A stretch of DNA of 14,331 bases from Candidatus Methylomirabilia bacterium (GCA_041496385.1 JBGQEL010000112.1:1-14331); one strand, 5' to 3'. Counted from the stretch's first letter, positions 1 to 8,212 are shown. The notes: a model not told the origin generated them from the sequence alone. Program-made: numbers and translations.

Positions 1-1
1 G

Positions 2-1777
2 GATCACCACGCCGTCTATCCAACCTTCACCATGATGAACTCCGCGTCGATTGCAACCGGGACGTATCCGGGGATGCACGGGTTCTATGGCAACGTTGTG
101 TATGCGCCGAATGCCAAGGGGAAGAACGCAAAGGGAGTCGCCATCGACTTTTTTGCCCCGGCGTTCATCGAGGACTTCGGTGTGGTGGAAGCGGTGCGAG
201 ATTCGTACCAGGGCAGGCTGACGCTTGTTTCGACGATGCTTCAGGCGGCACAGGCCAAAGGGCTGACGACAGCAAGCGTCGGTAAATTCGGCGCCGCCTT
301 CATTCAGGATTACCACCGAGGGGGCATCATCCTCGACGAGGACGCGGCGATCCCGCTGAGTTTCGCGAAGGAGCTCCAGAACGCTGGGCACGCCCTTCCG
401 AGGAACACTGTCAACGCCTACAGCGCGGGAGCATTGGCACTCGCTGGTAACAACGGCGACCCAACAGCTCCGATTCCGATTCAGAGGCTCAACGATCGGG
501 AGACCGCGAATCCGCTCGACCGCACGGGGGCCCTCTCTCGGCGTGGGTTCACGTATCTGACCGACGTATTCGTGAACTACATCCTCCCTACGAAAAAGCC
601 GGACCTCACGATCTTCTGGTCGAAGGAGCCGGACGCAACGAACCATGCGTACGGCCCGGGGACATATAACTCGATCGACGCCACGAAGATGAACGATGAG
701 ATCTTGGGTCGCGTCGTGGACAAACTCCGTCAGCTCGGCTGGGAGCAGACCACCGACATCATCATCACGCAGGACCACAATCACAGCACCGTCTCCGGTG
801 ATGTCGCTCATTACCCGTTGCGGGCGATTGCCGATGGCCGCGTCGGCTCGCATGATCCGTATGGGTACTCCGTCTCGGGCTTCGTGCGGACGGCCGCGTT
901 GCTCACCCTCGATGGCCTCAAGGCCTACGATGGCGCGGGCTGTCGAAACATCCCCACCTTGTCAGGGATCCTGTTCGACGGTACCCACCTGCATCCCACC
1001 AAGAACGACGCGGATGGAACCGTGTGTGGCAACGCGCAAACGTACACCTCGCCGCGGTACGTGGTGCCGAAGCCCCTTCCCGCCGGCGGCATCGTTGTGG
1101 CTGCGAACGCGGGGAGCGACTACTTGTTCGTCCCCGATGGTGACGCGAACACGGTCAAGGCCGCTGTGGTGAGTCTCCAGAGTCGCCTGCAATTCGGCGC
1201 CGTCTTCGTGAGTGACAAGTACGGGGACATCGCGGGAACCCTGCGCATGGGGCTCATCAACACGGAAAGCCCGGCGAGCGGCCGCGGCCCAGACATCATC
1301 GTCAGCTTCAGCTTCGACGAACACGTCGCCGTGGCAGGCCGGCCTGGCATCAGCTACGCGAGCTCCGTCAACCGCAGGGGCGACCACGGCAGCTTCTCAC
1401 GCACCGACACGCACATTTCGATGATGGCCCATGGGCCCGACTTCAAATCGGGCATGTATGACACGCTTCCAACGGCAAACGTGGATATCGCGCCGACGGT
1501 CGCGCGCATTCTCGCGCTTAACATGCCGGGCGTTCAGGGACGAGCGCTTGAGGAGGCGTTGAAGGACGGGCCACGGGTCACGGAATACGCGGTCTTGGGA
1601 AAGACCCACCGGTCCTCAAAAAGGAGCGGCTTGAAGATGAAACTCCCCACCGACCTCGACGGCCGCAGCATTGATCCTAGCCTGACGATGTATTCCGTCG
1701 AGCTGACGACGAAGATCCTCACCCGAGGTAACCCGAGTTACATGTATTTCGACCAGGCCAGAGCGATCCGCGAATGA
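2..1777 (+). CDS. Alkaline phosphatase superfamily / type I phosphodiesterase-nucleotide pyrophosphatase protein, 5'-truncated by the window edge
   Basis: The frame is open from position 2 (DHHAVYPTFTMMNSASIATG), matching the nucleophile region of NPP-type enzymes, so ATG32 is internal. Metal-ligand motifs: EPDATNH, TQDHNH, GDHGS, and NVDIAPT near the C-terminus. Stop TGA at 1775-1777. Confidence 0.85.
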   Translation, partial: DHHAVYPTFTMMNSASIATGTYPGMHGFYGNVVYAPNAKGKNAKGVAIDFFAPAFIEDFGVVEAVRDSYQGRLTLVSTMLQAAQAKGLTTASVGKFGAAFIQDYHRGGIILDEDAAIPLSFAKELQNAGHALPRNTVNAYSAGALALAGNNGDPTAPIPIQRLNDRETANPLDRTGALSRRGFTYLTDVFVNYILPTKKPDLTIFWSKEPDATNHAYGPGTYNSIDATKMNDEILGRVVDKLRQLGWEQTTDIIITQDHNHSTVSGDVAHYPLRAIADGRVGSHDPYGYSVSGFVRTAALLTLDGLKAYDGAGCRNIPTLSGILFDGTHLHPTKNDADGTVCGNAQTYTSPRYVVPKPLPAGGIVVAANAGSDYLFVPDGDANTVKAAVVSLQSRLQFGAVFVSDKYGDIAGTLRMGLINTESPASGRGPDIIVSFSFDEHVAVAGRPGISYASSVNRRGDHGSFSRTDTHISMMAHGPDFKSGMYDTLPTANVDIAPTVARILALNMPGVQGRALEEALKDGPRVTEYAVLGKTHRSSKRSGLKMKLPTDLDGRSIDPSLTMYSVELTTKILTRGNPSYMYFDQARAIRE

Positions 1778-1888
1778 ATGTTCGCTGACCGGAATGACAC
1801 AGGTCCACGATAGTCGCGGATCCCGAAGGTCACCGGATTGTCATCGCCGAATGAGTCCGCTGCTGACCAACCAGGCCGTTGAAGCTAG

Positions 1889-2207
1889 CCCGCGGATCAC
1901 GACGGCGGCGAGTTCATCGGCCGGAAGGTGCGGTGGACGTCGGAAGTCCGGGTGCTGCGCGACCCGGGAACCTGCACGGTGGGCGACGTTCACATTACAG
2001 GTATCCGTGGGAAGCACGCCGATCCGTGGGGCAAGGAGTTCGGGCAGAAAAACACGATCTGGGGGATCGAGGCCGTGGCTGGCTGGCAAGAAGAGTATCA
2101 TCCGGCTCACGAGTAACTACGCTGTCTTCACGACGGGCTCTCTGAAGTCCGGCGAGCGCATCGTCGTGTTTCAGCACTCTCCGAAAGTTCGCGCCCGAGG
2201 AGCGTAG
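1889..2207 (+). pseudogene. Remnant of a metallo-beta-lactamase-fold hydrolase (truncated, internally deleted, frameshifted)
   Basis: After an in-frame TAG at 1886-1888, the frame reads PADHDGGEFIGRKVRWTSEVRVLRDPGTCTVGDVHITGIRGKHADPWGKEFGQKNTIW. This resembles the tail of an HxHxDH motif plus the downstream metal-ligand His region. At about 2072 a +1 shift gives PWLAGKKSIIRLTSNYAVFTTGSLKSGERIVVFQHSPKV, ending at TAG 2207. Family assignment is from recall, not a search. Confidence 0.55.
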
Positions 2208-2219
2208 CCGCTCAGTGAC

Positions 2220-3332
2220 ATGCTGACGATGCGGGCGGGAACACGACGCCGGATCGTCCTCCTCCTCCGCACGCTCGGCGCGGCTGTCGTGATCGGGGCG
2301 GTCGTCGGGGGCGCGAATGGCTCCGGGTTCCGCGACGCGCCGCTCCTCGGCGCGGTGCTCGGCGCCCTCGGCGGCGCCACCAACGGCGTGATACTGATCG
2401 GCGCGATTCTCGGAGCCGAGATCCTCCTCCCGCCGACGCGGTTCGGTCACGCGCTCGAACGGGCGCCGTTCCTCGTCACCTTCGCGATGAAGTTCCTCGT
2501 CTACGGCACACTGATCGTGCTCGTCGTCGGAGCCAGGCCCGGCGGGCGCCTCGGCCGCGCCGTCGCCGCCACGCTGCTCAGCCCCGACCTCGCAGAGGCG
2601 ATGTACGTGCAGAAGGCCCCGAGGGCCGTGCTGATGGCGAGCACCTTCTTGCTCTTGGGCACCGCCATCTTCATGCTCCAGATGGGCCGCCTGGTCGGCG
2701 AACGCACCCTGCGCGACATCGTGTTCGGCCGGTACCATCGCTCGCGTACGGAGGAGCGATTCTTCCTGTTCGTCGACATCGCCGGCTCGACGCCGCTCGC
2801 CGAGCGGATTGGCCCCGACGCAATCCATCGCTTTCTCGGGGAAGTCTTCCGACTTGCCTCGGACCCGATCGACGATCACCGAGGCGAGGTCTATCAATAC
2901 GTCGGCGACGAGATCGTGATCACCTGGACGGTGGCCGAAGGCCGTGCCGGTGCTCGACCTGTCGCCTGTTTCTTCGCGATCGAACAGGCGCTCGCGCGGG
3001 CCGCGCCCCAGTTCGAGCGCGAGTTTGGCGCGCTGCCGCGCCTCCGCGCTGCGCTGCACGGCGGCCCGGTGATCACGGGTGAAGTGGGAGGCAGTCGGCG
3101 CGCGATCGTGTACCACGGCGACGTGATGAACACCACCTCACGCATCGAACAGGCGACGCGAGACCTCGAGCGCCAGTTCCTCGTGTCGGGCGACGCAATG
3201 GAACGGCTTGCGGATCTCGGAGGCTTCGCGCTCGACGACCTCGGCCCTCAGCGACTGCGTGGCCGCGCGGCGGCGATGCGCGTCTACGCGGTCGCGGCCA
3301 AGCCCTCAACGAAAGGCGGAACCCATGAATGA
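2220..3332 (+). CDS. Membrane-anchored class III adenylate/guanylate cyclase domain protein
   Basis: About four hydrophobic N-terminal segments, then FLFVDIAGST (first metal Asp), YQYVGDEI (second Asp), LHGGPVITGEVG and GDVMNTTSRIE (Asn/Arg), ending LRGRAAAMRVYAV. Confidence 0.9.
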   Translation: MLTMRAGTRRRIVLLLRTLGAAVVIGAVVGGANGSGFRDAPLLGAVLGALGGATNGVILIGAILGAEILLPPTRFGHALERAPFLVTFAMKFLVYGTLIVLVVGARPGGRLGRAVAATLLSPDLAEAMYVQKAPRAVLMASTFLLLGTAIFMLQMGRLVGERTLRDIVFGRYHRSRTEERFFLFVDIAGSTPLAERIGPDAIHRFLGEVFRLASDPIDDHRGEVYQYVGDEIVITWTVAEGRAGARPVACFFAIEQALARAAPQFEREFGALPRLRAALHGGPVITGEVGGSRRAIVYHGDVMNTTSRIEQATRDLERQFLVSGDAMERLADLGGFALDDLGPQRLRGRAAAMRVYAVAAKPSTKGGTHE

Positions 3333-4320
3333 AGTCACTCGTCGGACGTTTCTGGGCGCCGGCATCGCGAGCACCGTACTCGCGGCAGGCGGCTTTGCGT
3401 TCGCCCAGCAACCGGTCCCCGCGCAGCAAGCGCCGCGGGCCAAGGGACCATCCGTGTGGCTCGACATGGACCAAGCCGAGCTGGATGCCGCCTACGATCA
3501 GATCAAATACGCGCCGAATCTGCCACAGATCGTCAAGCGCTACGCCACCAACAGCGAGGCCGTGCGTGCCCGCCTGGGTGCCCCGCGGCGCTACGCCTAC
3601 GGCCCTACCTCGATCGAAGCGCTGGATGTCTACGCGACCAAGCGCGCGAACGCGCCAATCAACATCTTCATTCATGGCGGGGCGTGGCGCGGGGGTCTCG
3701 CCAAGGATTCCGGGTACCCGGCCGAGCTGTTCGTCCGCGCCGGCGCGCATTACGTAGTGCCCGACTTCATCAATGTGACGGAGGCCAACGGCAGCCTCAT
3801 GCCGATGGCCGAGCAGGTGCGCCGAGCGGTGGCGTGGGTGTACCGCAACGCACGGAGCTTCGGGGGCGACCCGGACCGCATCTACGTTTCTGGCCACTCC
3901 TCGGGTGGCCATCTTGCCGGCGTTGTCCTGGTCACTGACTGGCGCAAAGACTTCAACCTTCCGGTCGACACGGTGAAGGGCGGCTTGTGCTGCAGCGGCA
4001 TGTTCGACCTGAAGCCGGTGCGTCTCTCGGCGCGCAGCTCGTACGTCAAGTTCACCGACGAGGTCGAGCAGGCGCTGAGCTCGCAGCGTCATCTCGCCAA
4101 CCTCAACGCCCCCGTCATCGTCGCCTACGGCACACTCGAGACGCCGGAGTTCCAGCGCCAGTCACGCGAGTTCGCTGCGGCGGTGAACGCGGCAGGCAAA
4201 CCTGTGCAGCTCCTCGTCGCCGACGGCTACAACCACTTCGAGATCCCCGAGACGCTCGCCAATCCCTACGGTCTCCTGGGTCGCGCGGTGTTGGCGCAGA
4301 TGAACCTGTCCCAAGGATGA
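3325..4320 (+). CDS. Alpha/beta hydrolase (arylformamidase/kynurenine-formamidase-like, HSL family) with Tat signal peptide
   Basis: Probable start ATG3325 after GAAAGGCGGA, overlapping the cyclase stop by 8 nt. N-terminus MNEVTRRTFLGAGIASTVLAAGGFAFA has a twin-Arg motif, hydrophobic core and AFA cleavage site. Catalytic motifs: HGGAW, GHSSG, ETPEF, NHFE. Confidence 0.85.
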   Translation: MNEVTRRTFLGAGIASTVLAAGGFAFAQQPVPAQQAPRAKGPSVWLDMDQAELDAAYDQIKYAPNLPQIVKRYATNSEAVRARLGAPRRYAYGPTSIEALDVYATKRANAPINIFIHGGAWRGGLAKDSGYPAELFVRAGAHYVVPDFINVTEANGSLMPMAEQVRRAVAWVYRNARSFGGDPDRIYVSGHSSGGHLAGVVLVTDWRKDFNLPVDTVKGGLCCSGMFDLKPVRLSARSSYVKFTDEVEQALSSQRHLANLNAPVIVAYGTLETPEFQRQSREFAAAVNAAGKPVQLLVADGYNHFEIPETLANPYGLLGRAVLAQMNLSQG

Positions 4321-4524
4321 TTCAAGAGTCGCGTCGCCAGGATCAAGGACGGCTCGCCCCGGGGTGGCCTCCTACTCGGAAGGTGTGGACTGAAAAGGGG
4401 GAAGGCCGGAACCATGCCCGGACCTGGACAATGCATACGCCGCCGGCGCTCGCAGTGTCCGCTGTGATTAGCACTGGCATACACAGACCTGTCCACTTCG
4501 AGTTACCTACCCCGATTGCTCAAG

Positions 4525-5256
4525 ATGCTTTGCCGTCTCTGCGGAACTGAGCAGCGCCTGATAAAGGCCCACGTTGTGCCAAAGGGGTTCTTCCGAGCGC
4601 TACGCGACGATTCCGGCGTGACAGAGCTACGTACCAGCGACCCATCTGTCCCTCCAAAACGTGCGCCCGACGGCGTCTATGACAAGGCCATTCTCTGTAG
4701 CCGGTGCGACAACCTGTTCTCCCCATGGGACAAGCATGCCCAAGACGTGCTCCTACGAGATTTCGCAGAGACCGAGGCAATCTACGACGGCAAAGTACTC
4801 GTCGCTTGGACGATTCAGGAATTCGACTATAGCTTGCTGAAGCTATTCTTCGTGTCCCTGCTATGGCGCGCGTCAGTGTCTACGCACGCTTTCTATCGGC
4901 GCATCGACATCAAGCCGTTCGAGAAAGCGATGCGCGACATGATTCTGACGGGGGATCCAGGCGCTCCGGAGACGTTTGCCGTCACGCTCTCGCGCTTCGA
5001 CCATCGCGCATACAGAGGGATATTTGATCCCCACCGTGATCGCTTCGCTGGCATCAACTACGTCAGGTTCTATCTGGCGGGGTTTGTGGCTCATATAAAG
5101 GTTGATCGACGCCCTCCCCCCGTCTTCCTTTCTGACCTCATTGTTCGGGCCGGTACGCCTATCGTCGTGCTTCTCCGTTCGGCTCGGCATAGCAAAGACG
5201 CGGTGGCAATGAGGGAGATTGCTCGAGCATCGTCAATGTGGAAACGCCGTCGTTAG
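4525..5256 (+). CDS. Hypothetical protein with N-terminal Cys/His (HNH-endonuclease-like) zinc-binding domain
   Basis: CRLC...KAHVVP...LCSRCDN pattern (CxxC, H, CxxCxN). More A/T-ending codons (ATA, CTA, AGA, TTT) than neighbouring genes. ATG4525 is preferred over TTG4516. Confidence 0.65.
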   Translation: MLCRLCGTEQRLIKAHVVPKGFFRALRDDSGVTELRTSDPSVPPKRAPDGVYDKAILCSRCDNLFSPWDKHAQDVLLRDFAETEAIYDGKVLVAWTIQEFDYSLLKLFFVSLLWRASVSTHAFYRRIDIKPFEKAMRDMILTGDPGAPETFAVTLSRFDHRAYRGIFDPHRDRFAGINYVRFYLAGFVAHIKVDRRPPPVFLSDLIVRAGTPIVVLLRSARHSKDAVAMREIARASSMWKRRR

Positions 5257-5320
5257 TGTCGCGGTGCATCCGACCGGGGCTCGGGTTGCTCGCTCCGGCT
5301 GGTATGCGCGAGCGTTGGAG
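5251..5320 (+). repeat. Imperfect inverted repeat resembling a degenerate integron attC site
   Basis: Left arm TAGTGTCGCGGTGCATCCGACCGG starts at the gene's stop codon. Right arm is CCGGCTGGTATGCGCGAGCGTTGGAG, ending in a GTTRRR core at 5314-5319. Length is about 70 bp. The inverse core reads TAGT rather than TAAC. Confidence 0.35.
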
Positions 5321-5365
5321 GGACAGCGCCCTCAGGCGGGTGAACCCCGGGAGCAGCCTCTGACG

Positions 5366-5396
5366 TAGAATGGCCTGACGCCGCATCCAAGGAGGA
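5366..5396 (+). promoter_or_regulatory. Candidate -10 box (TAGAAT) and Shine-Dalgarno (AAGGAGG) for SDR-serA
   Basis: TAGAAT at 5366-5371 and AAGGAGG at 5389-5395, 5 nt before GTG5401. No convincing -35 box. Confidence 0.5.
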
Positions 5397-5400
5397 CAGC

Positions 5401-6159
5401 GTGTTCGACCTCAAGGGCAGGGTCGCGATCGTCACGGGCGGCAACGGTGGGATCGGCCTCGGCATGGCGCGCGGGCTGGCGCGGGCTGGCGCGCGCGTCG
5501 TCGTCGCGGCGCGCAACGAGGCGAAGTCGAAGGACGCCGTAAAAGAGCTCGAGGCGCTTGGTCCCGGCGCCCGCGCGGTCGCGACGGACGTCACCGACGA
5601 GGCCGCCGTGCGCCGCATGGTGAAGGCGACGCTCGACGCCTACGGGCGGCTCGACGTGCTCGTGAACAACGCCGGGACCAACATCCGCAAGCCCCCGCAC
5701 GAGGTGTCGCTCGCCGAGTGGCGTCACGTGCTCGACACCAATCTCACGAGCGCCTACCTCTGCTCGCACGCGGCCTACCCGGCCATGAAAGCGGCGGGTG
5801 GCGGCAAGGTCATCAACATCGGCTCGATGATGTCGATCTTCGGGGCGGGCTTCGCGCCGGCCTATGCGGCCTCCAAGGGCGGGATCGTGCAGTTCACGAA
5901 GGCCTGCGCCGTCGCCTGGGCCAAGGACAACATCCAGGTGAACGCGGTGCTGCCGGGGTGGATTGACACGGAGCTGACGCAGGCGGCGCGCCGCGAGGTG
6001 CAGGGGCTCCACGACAACGTCCTGCGCCGCACGCCGGCGGGCCGCTGGGGCACGCTCGACGACATGTCGGGCGTGGCGGTGTTCCTCGCGAGCCCGGCCT
6101 CGGACTTCGTCACCGGGACGGCCATTCCCGTGGACGGCGGCTACTCGATCCAGGGCTAG
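5401..6159 (+). CDS. Classical SDR oxidoreductase (KduD / gluconate-5-dehydrogenase-like)
   Basis: TGGNGGIG, NNAG, catalytic Ser (IGS), YAASK, VNAVLPGWIDT and C-terminal VDGG motifs. Strong RBS. Substrate cannot be determined from sequence. Confidence 0.9.
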   Translation: MFDLKGRVAIVTGGNGGIGLGMARGLARAGARVVVAARNEAKSKDAVKELEALGPGARAVATDVTDEAAVRRMVKATLDAYGRLDVLVNNAGTNIRKPPHEVSLAEWRHVLDTNLTSAYLCSHAAYPAMKAAGGGKVINIGSMMSIFGAGFAPAYAASKGGIVQFTKACAVAWAKDNIQVNAVLPGWIDTELTQAARREVQGLHDNVLRRTPAGRWGTLDDMSGVAVFLASPASDFVTGTAIPVDGGYSIQG

Positions 6160-6161
6160 GA

Positions 6162-7745
6162 GTGAAGATCCTCGCCGTCGACGCGATCGCCCCGGAGGGG
6201 ATCGCCTACCTGCGCACGCGCGGCATCGAGGTGGACGAGCTGGCGAAGCCCACGCCGGAATCCCTCCACGCGCGCCTGGCCGACTGCGACGGGCTCATCA
6301 CGCGCTCGGGCACGGCGGTCACCGCCCAGCTCCTTGAGCAGGCGCCGCGCCTGCGCATCGTCGGGCGCGCGGGCGTCGGCATCGACAACGTCGACGTCGA
6401 GGCCTGCTCGCGCCGCGGCATCGTCGTCTGCAACGCGCCCTACGGCAACGTGGTCTCCGCGGCCGAGCACACGCTCGGCATGATGCTGGCCCTGGTCCGC
6501 CGCATTCCCGACGCCCACGCGCGTCTGAAGACGCTCGAGTGGAACCGCGGGATCTACGGCGCCGAGCTGTTCCGCAAGACGGTCGGGGTCGTCGGGCTGG
6601 GCAAGGTCGGGTCGCGCGTCGCGGCGCGGCTGCGCGGCTTCGAGCCCGAGCTGCTCGTGCACGATCCCTACGTGCCGGAGAGCCGCGCGAAGGATCTCGG
6701 CGGGCGCCTCGTCGACTGGGAGACGCTGGTGCGCGAGTCCGACGTCATCACCTTCCACGTACCGCTCACGCCGGAGACAGAAAACATGGCCGCGGCGCGC
6801 GAGCTTCAGCTCATGAAGCGCGGCGTGCGCATCGTCAACTGCGCGCGTGGCGGCATTGTCCACGAGGCGGATCTGCTGGCCGCCCTCGAGTCCGGCCACG
6901 TCGCGGGCGCCGCCATCGACGTCTGGAGCGAGGAGCCGCCGACGAGTGACCTGGTCCGCCGGCTCGTCCAGCACCCGCGGGTCGTCGTCACGCCGCATCT
7001 CGGGGCCAACTCGAGCGAGGCCCAGGTGAACGTCGCCGTCGACGTCGCGCGCCAGTTCGTGGCGTTCCGCGACGGCGAGCTGGTCGAGCACGCCGTCAAC
7101 ATCCCGCTCGGCGATCCGACCGAGCTGGCCAGCCTCCGCCCCTTCGTGGCGCTCGCCGAGCGGCTCGGCCGGTTCTGTGTCCAGCTCGATCCGGAGCACC
7201 TGGCGAGCGTCGAGGTGACCGTGGCCGGCGCCATCGCCGACGTCGACGCCGAGCTGCTGACGCGGGCGGTCCTCACGGGGCTCCTGGCGCCCGTCATGGC
7301 CGAGCCGGTCAACCTCGTCAACGCCCGGCTGGTCGCCGCCGAGCGCGGCGTCGACGTGCAGATCGCGCGCGAGGCCGAGACGACGGGCTACAAGAGCGTG
7401 CTGAGCCTCGCCACGAAGACGGCGGGCGGGCGCAAGCTCATCGCGGGCACCGTCTTCGACGGCCAGCCCCGCATCGTGCGCCTGCGCGATCTCGAGATCG
7501 AGTTCACGCCCGAGGGCTACATCCTCGTGCTCTCCTACGAGGACCGCCCGGGCATGGTCGGCCGGATCGGCTCGATCCTCGGGCGCATGAACGTGAACAT
7601 CGCGTCCATGCACGTAGGCCGGAAGACCAAGCGCGGCCGCGCCATCGTCGTGCTGATCCTCGACGAGGACCTGACCCCCGTGCAGATCGCCGAGGTGGCC
7701 CTCGCCGTCGAGGCGGACTTCGCCCGTCTGATCCGCCTCGCCTGA
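6162..7745 (+). CDS. serA: D-3-phosphoglycerate dehydrogenase (long form with ASB and ACT domains)
   Basis: GRAGVGIDNVD, GLGKVG, HVPLT, NCARGG, DVWSEEP, TPHLGA..EAQ, VNLVNA and ACT domain EDRPGMVGRIGSILG..NVNIASM. 527 aa. Confidence 0.93.
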   Translation: MKILAVDAIAPEGIAYLRTRGIEVDELAKPTPESLHARLADCDGLITRSGTAVTAQLLEQAPRLRIVGRAGVGIDNVDVEACSRRGIVVCNAPYGNVVSAAEHTLGMMLALVRRIPDAHARLKTLEWNRGIYGAELFRKTVGVVGLGKVGSRVAARLRGFEPELLVHDPYVPESRAKDLGGRLVDWETLVRESDVITFHVPLTPETENMAAARELQLMKRGVRIVNCARGGIVHEADLLAALESGHVAGAAIDVWSEEPPTSDLVRRLVQHPRVVVTPHLGANSSEAQVNVAVDVARQFVAFRDGELVEHAVNIPLGDPTELASLRPFVALAERLGRFCVQLDPEHLASVEVTVAGAIADVDAELLTRAVLTGLLAPVMAEPVNLVNARLVAAERGVDVQIAREAETTGYKSVLSLATKTAGGRKLIAGTVFDGQPRIVRLRDLEIEFTPEGYILVLSYEDRPGMVGRIGSILGRMNVNIASMHVGRKTKRGRAIVVLILDEDLTPVQIAEVALAVEADFARLIRLA

Positions 7746-7777
7746 CCGTCGCGCGCGGCCCCAATGCGCCAAAATGC

Positions 7778-7812
7778 TTGGTGGCCCCGCGCGGTGCTGC
7801 TACGCTCGACTC
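7778..7812 (+). promoter_or_regulatory. Sigma70-type promoter for a leaderless transcript
   Basis: TTGGTG (7778-7783), 17 bp spacer, extended -10 TGc-TACGCT (7798-7806), then 6 nt to ATG7813. No Shine-Dalgarno. Confidence 0.55.
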
Positions 7813-8211
7813 ATGAAGACTGTAAAGCTTGGTGCGGCGGTGCTCGTCCTGCTCGTCCTCGCCGGCTGCGCCTCGACGCCGACCAAGGCGGTACGGAGCG
7901 AGTTCGAGGACATCCCCGTCCCGAAGGGCCTCGAGCGGCAGACCGACAAGTCCACGGTCATCGAGTCGCCGACGGTCAAGGCCGCGCGGCTCGTCTATCG
8001 CGGCCGTCTCGAGATCGACAGCCTCACGGTCGCCATGCGCACGACGCTCGAGGCCAACGGCTGGCGCCACGTGAGCAGCACCACGTCGTCCCACGGCACC
8101 GTCCAGGTGTACGACAAGGCCGGGAGCTCGCTCGAGGTGCGGGTCTGGGAGGGCTGGTACTTCACCTACGTCGAGCTGACGGCGAGCCGGGCTCTGCCCG
8201 CCCCGAAGTAG
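7813..8211 (+). CDS. Hypothetical lipoprotein
   Basis: MKTVKLGAAVLVLLVLAGC: basic N-terminus, hydrophobic core and LAGC lipobox. GC3-rich codons. 132 aa. Confidence 0.8.
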   Translation: MKTVKLGAAVLVLLVLAGCASTPTKAVRSEFEDIPVPKGLERQTDKSTVIESPTVKAARLVYRGRLEIDSLTVAMRTTLEANGWRHVSSTTSSHGTVQVYDKAGSSLEVRVWEGWYFTYVELTASRALPAPK

Positions 8212-8212
8212 C

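Noticed and set aside
1865..1890. GACCAACCAGGCCGTTGAAGCTAGC, resembling the left arm of an attC site
   Set aside because: No matching right arm or GTT core follows, so it is too short to support.
1775..4320. Sec readthrough at other TGA stops (1777, 3332, 4320)
   Set aside because: Each falls at a plausible C-terminus with no redox-motif context or convincing protein-like continuation.
4321..4524. Spacer with a minus-strand AGGAGG and short inverted repeats (TGGACA/TGTCCA, CTGTG/CACAG); possible IS end or small gene
   Set aside because: No start codon at SD distance, no transposase remnant and only 5-6 bp repeats.
6156..7772. Long antisense or alternate-frame ORFs (6156-7772, 1995-3116, 3073-4092, 8420-9619, 10281-11135, 10913-12094, 11637-13058, 13181-14275)
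   Set aside because: They shadow well-supported genes, as expected in high-GC DNA with strong codon bias, and show no recognisable motifs.
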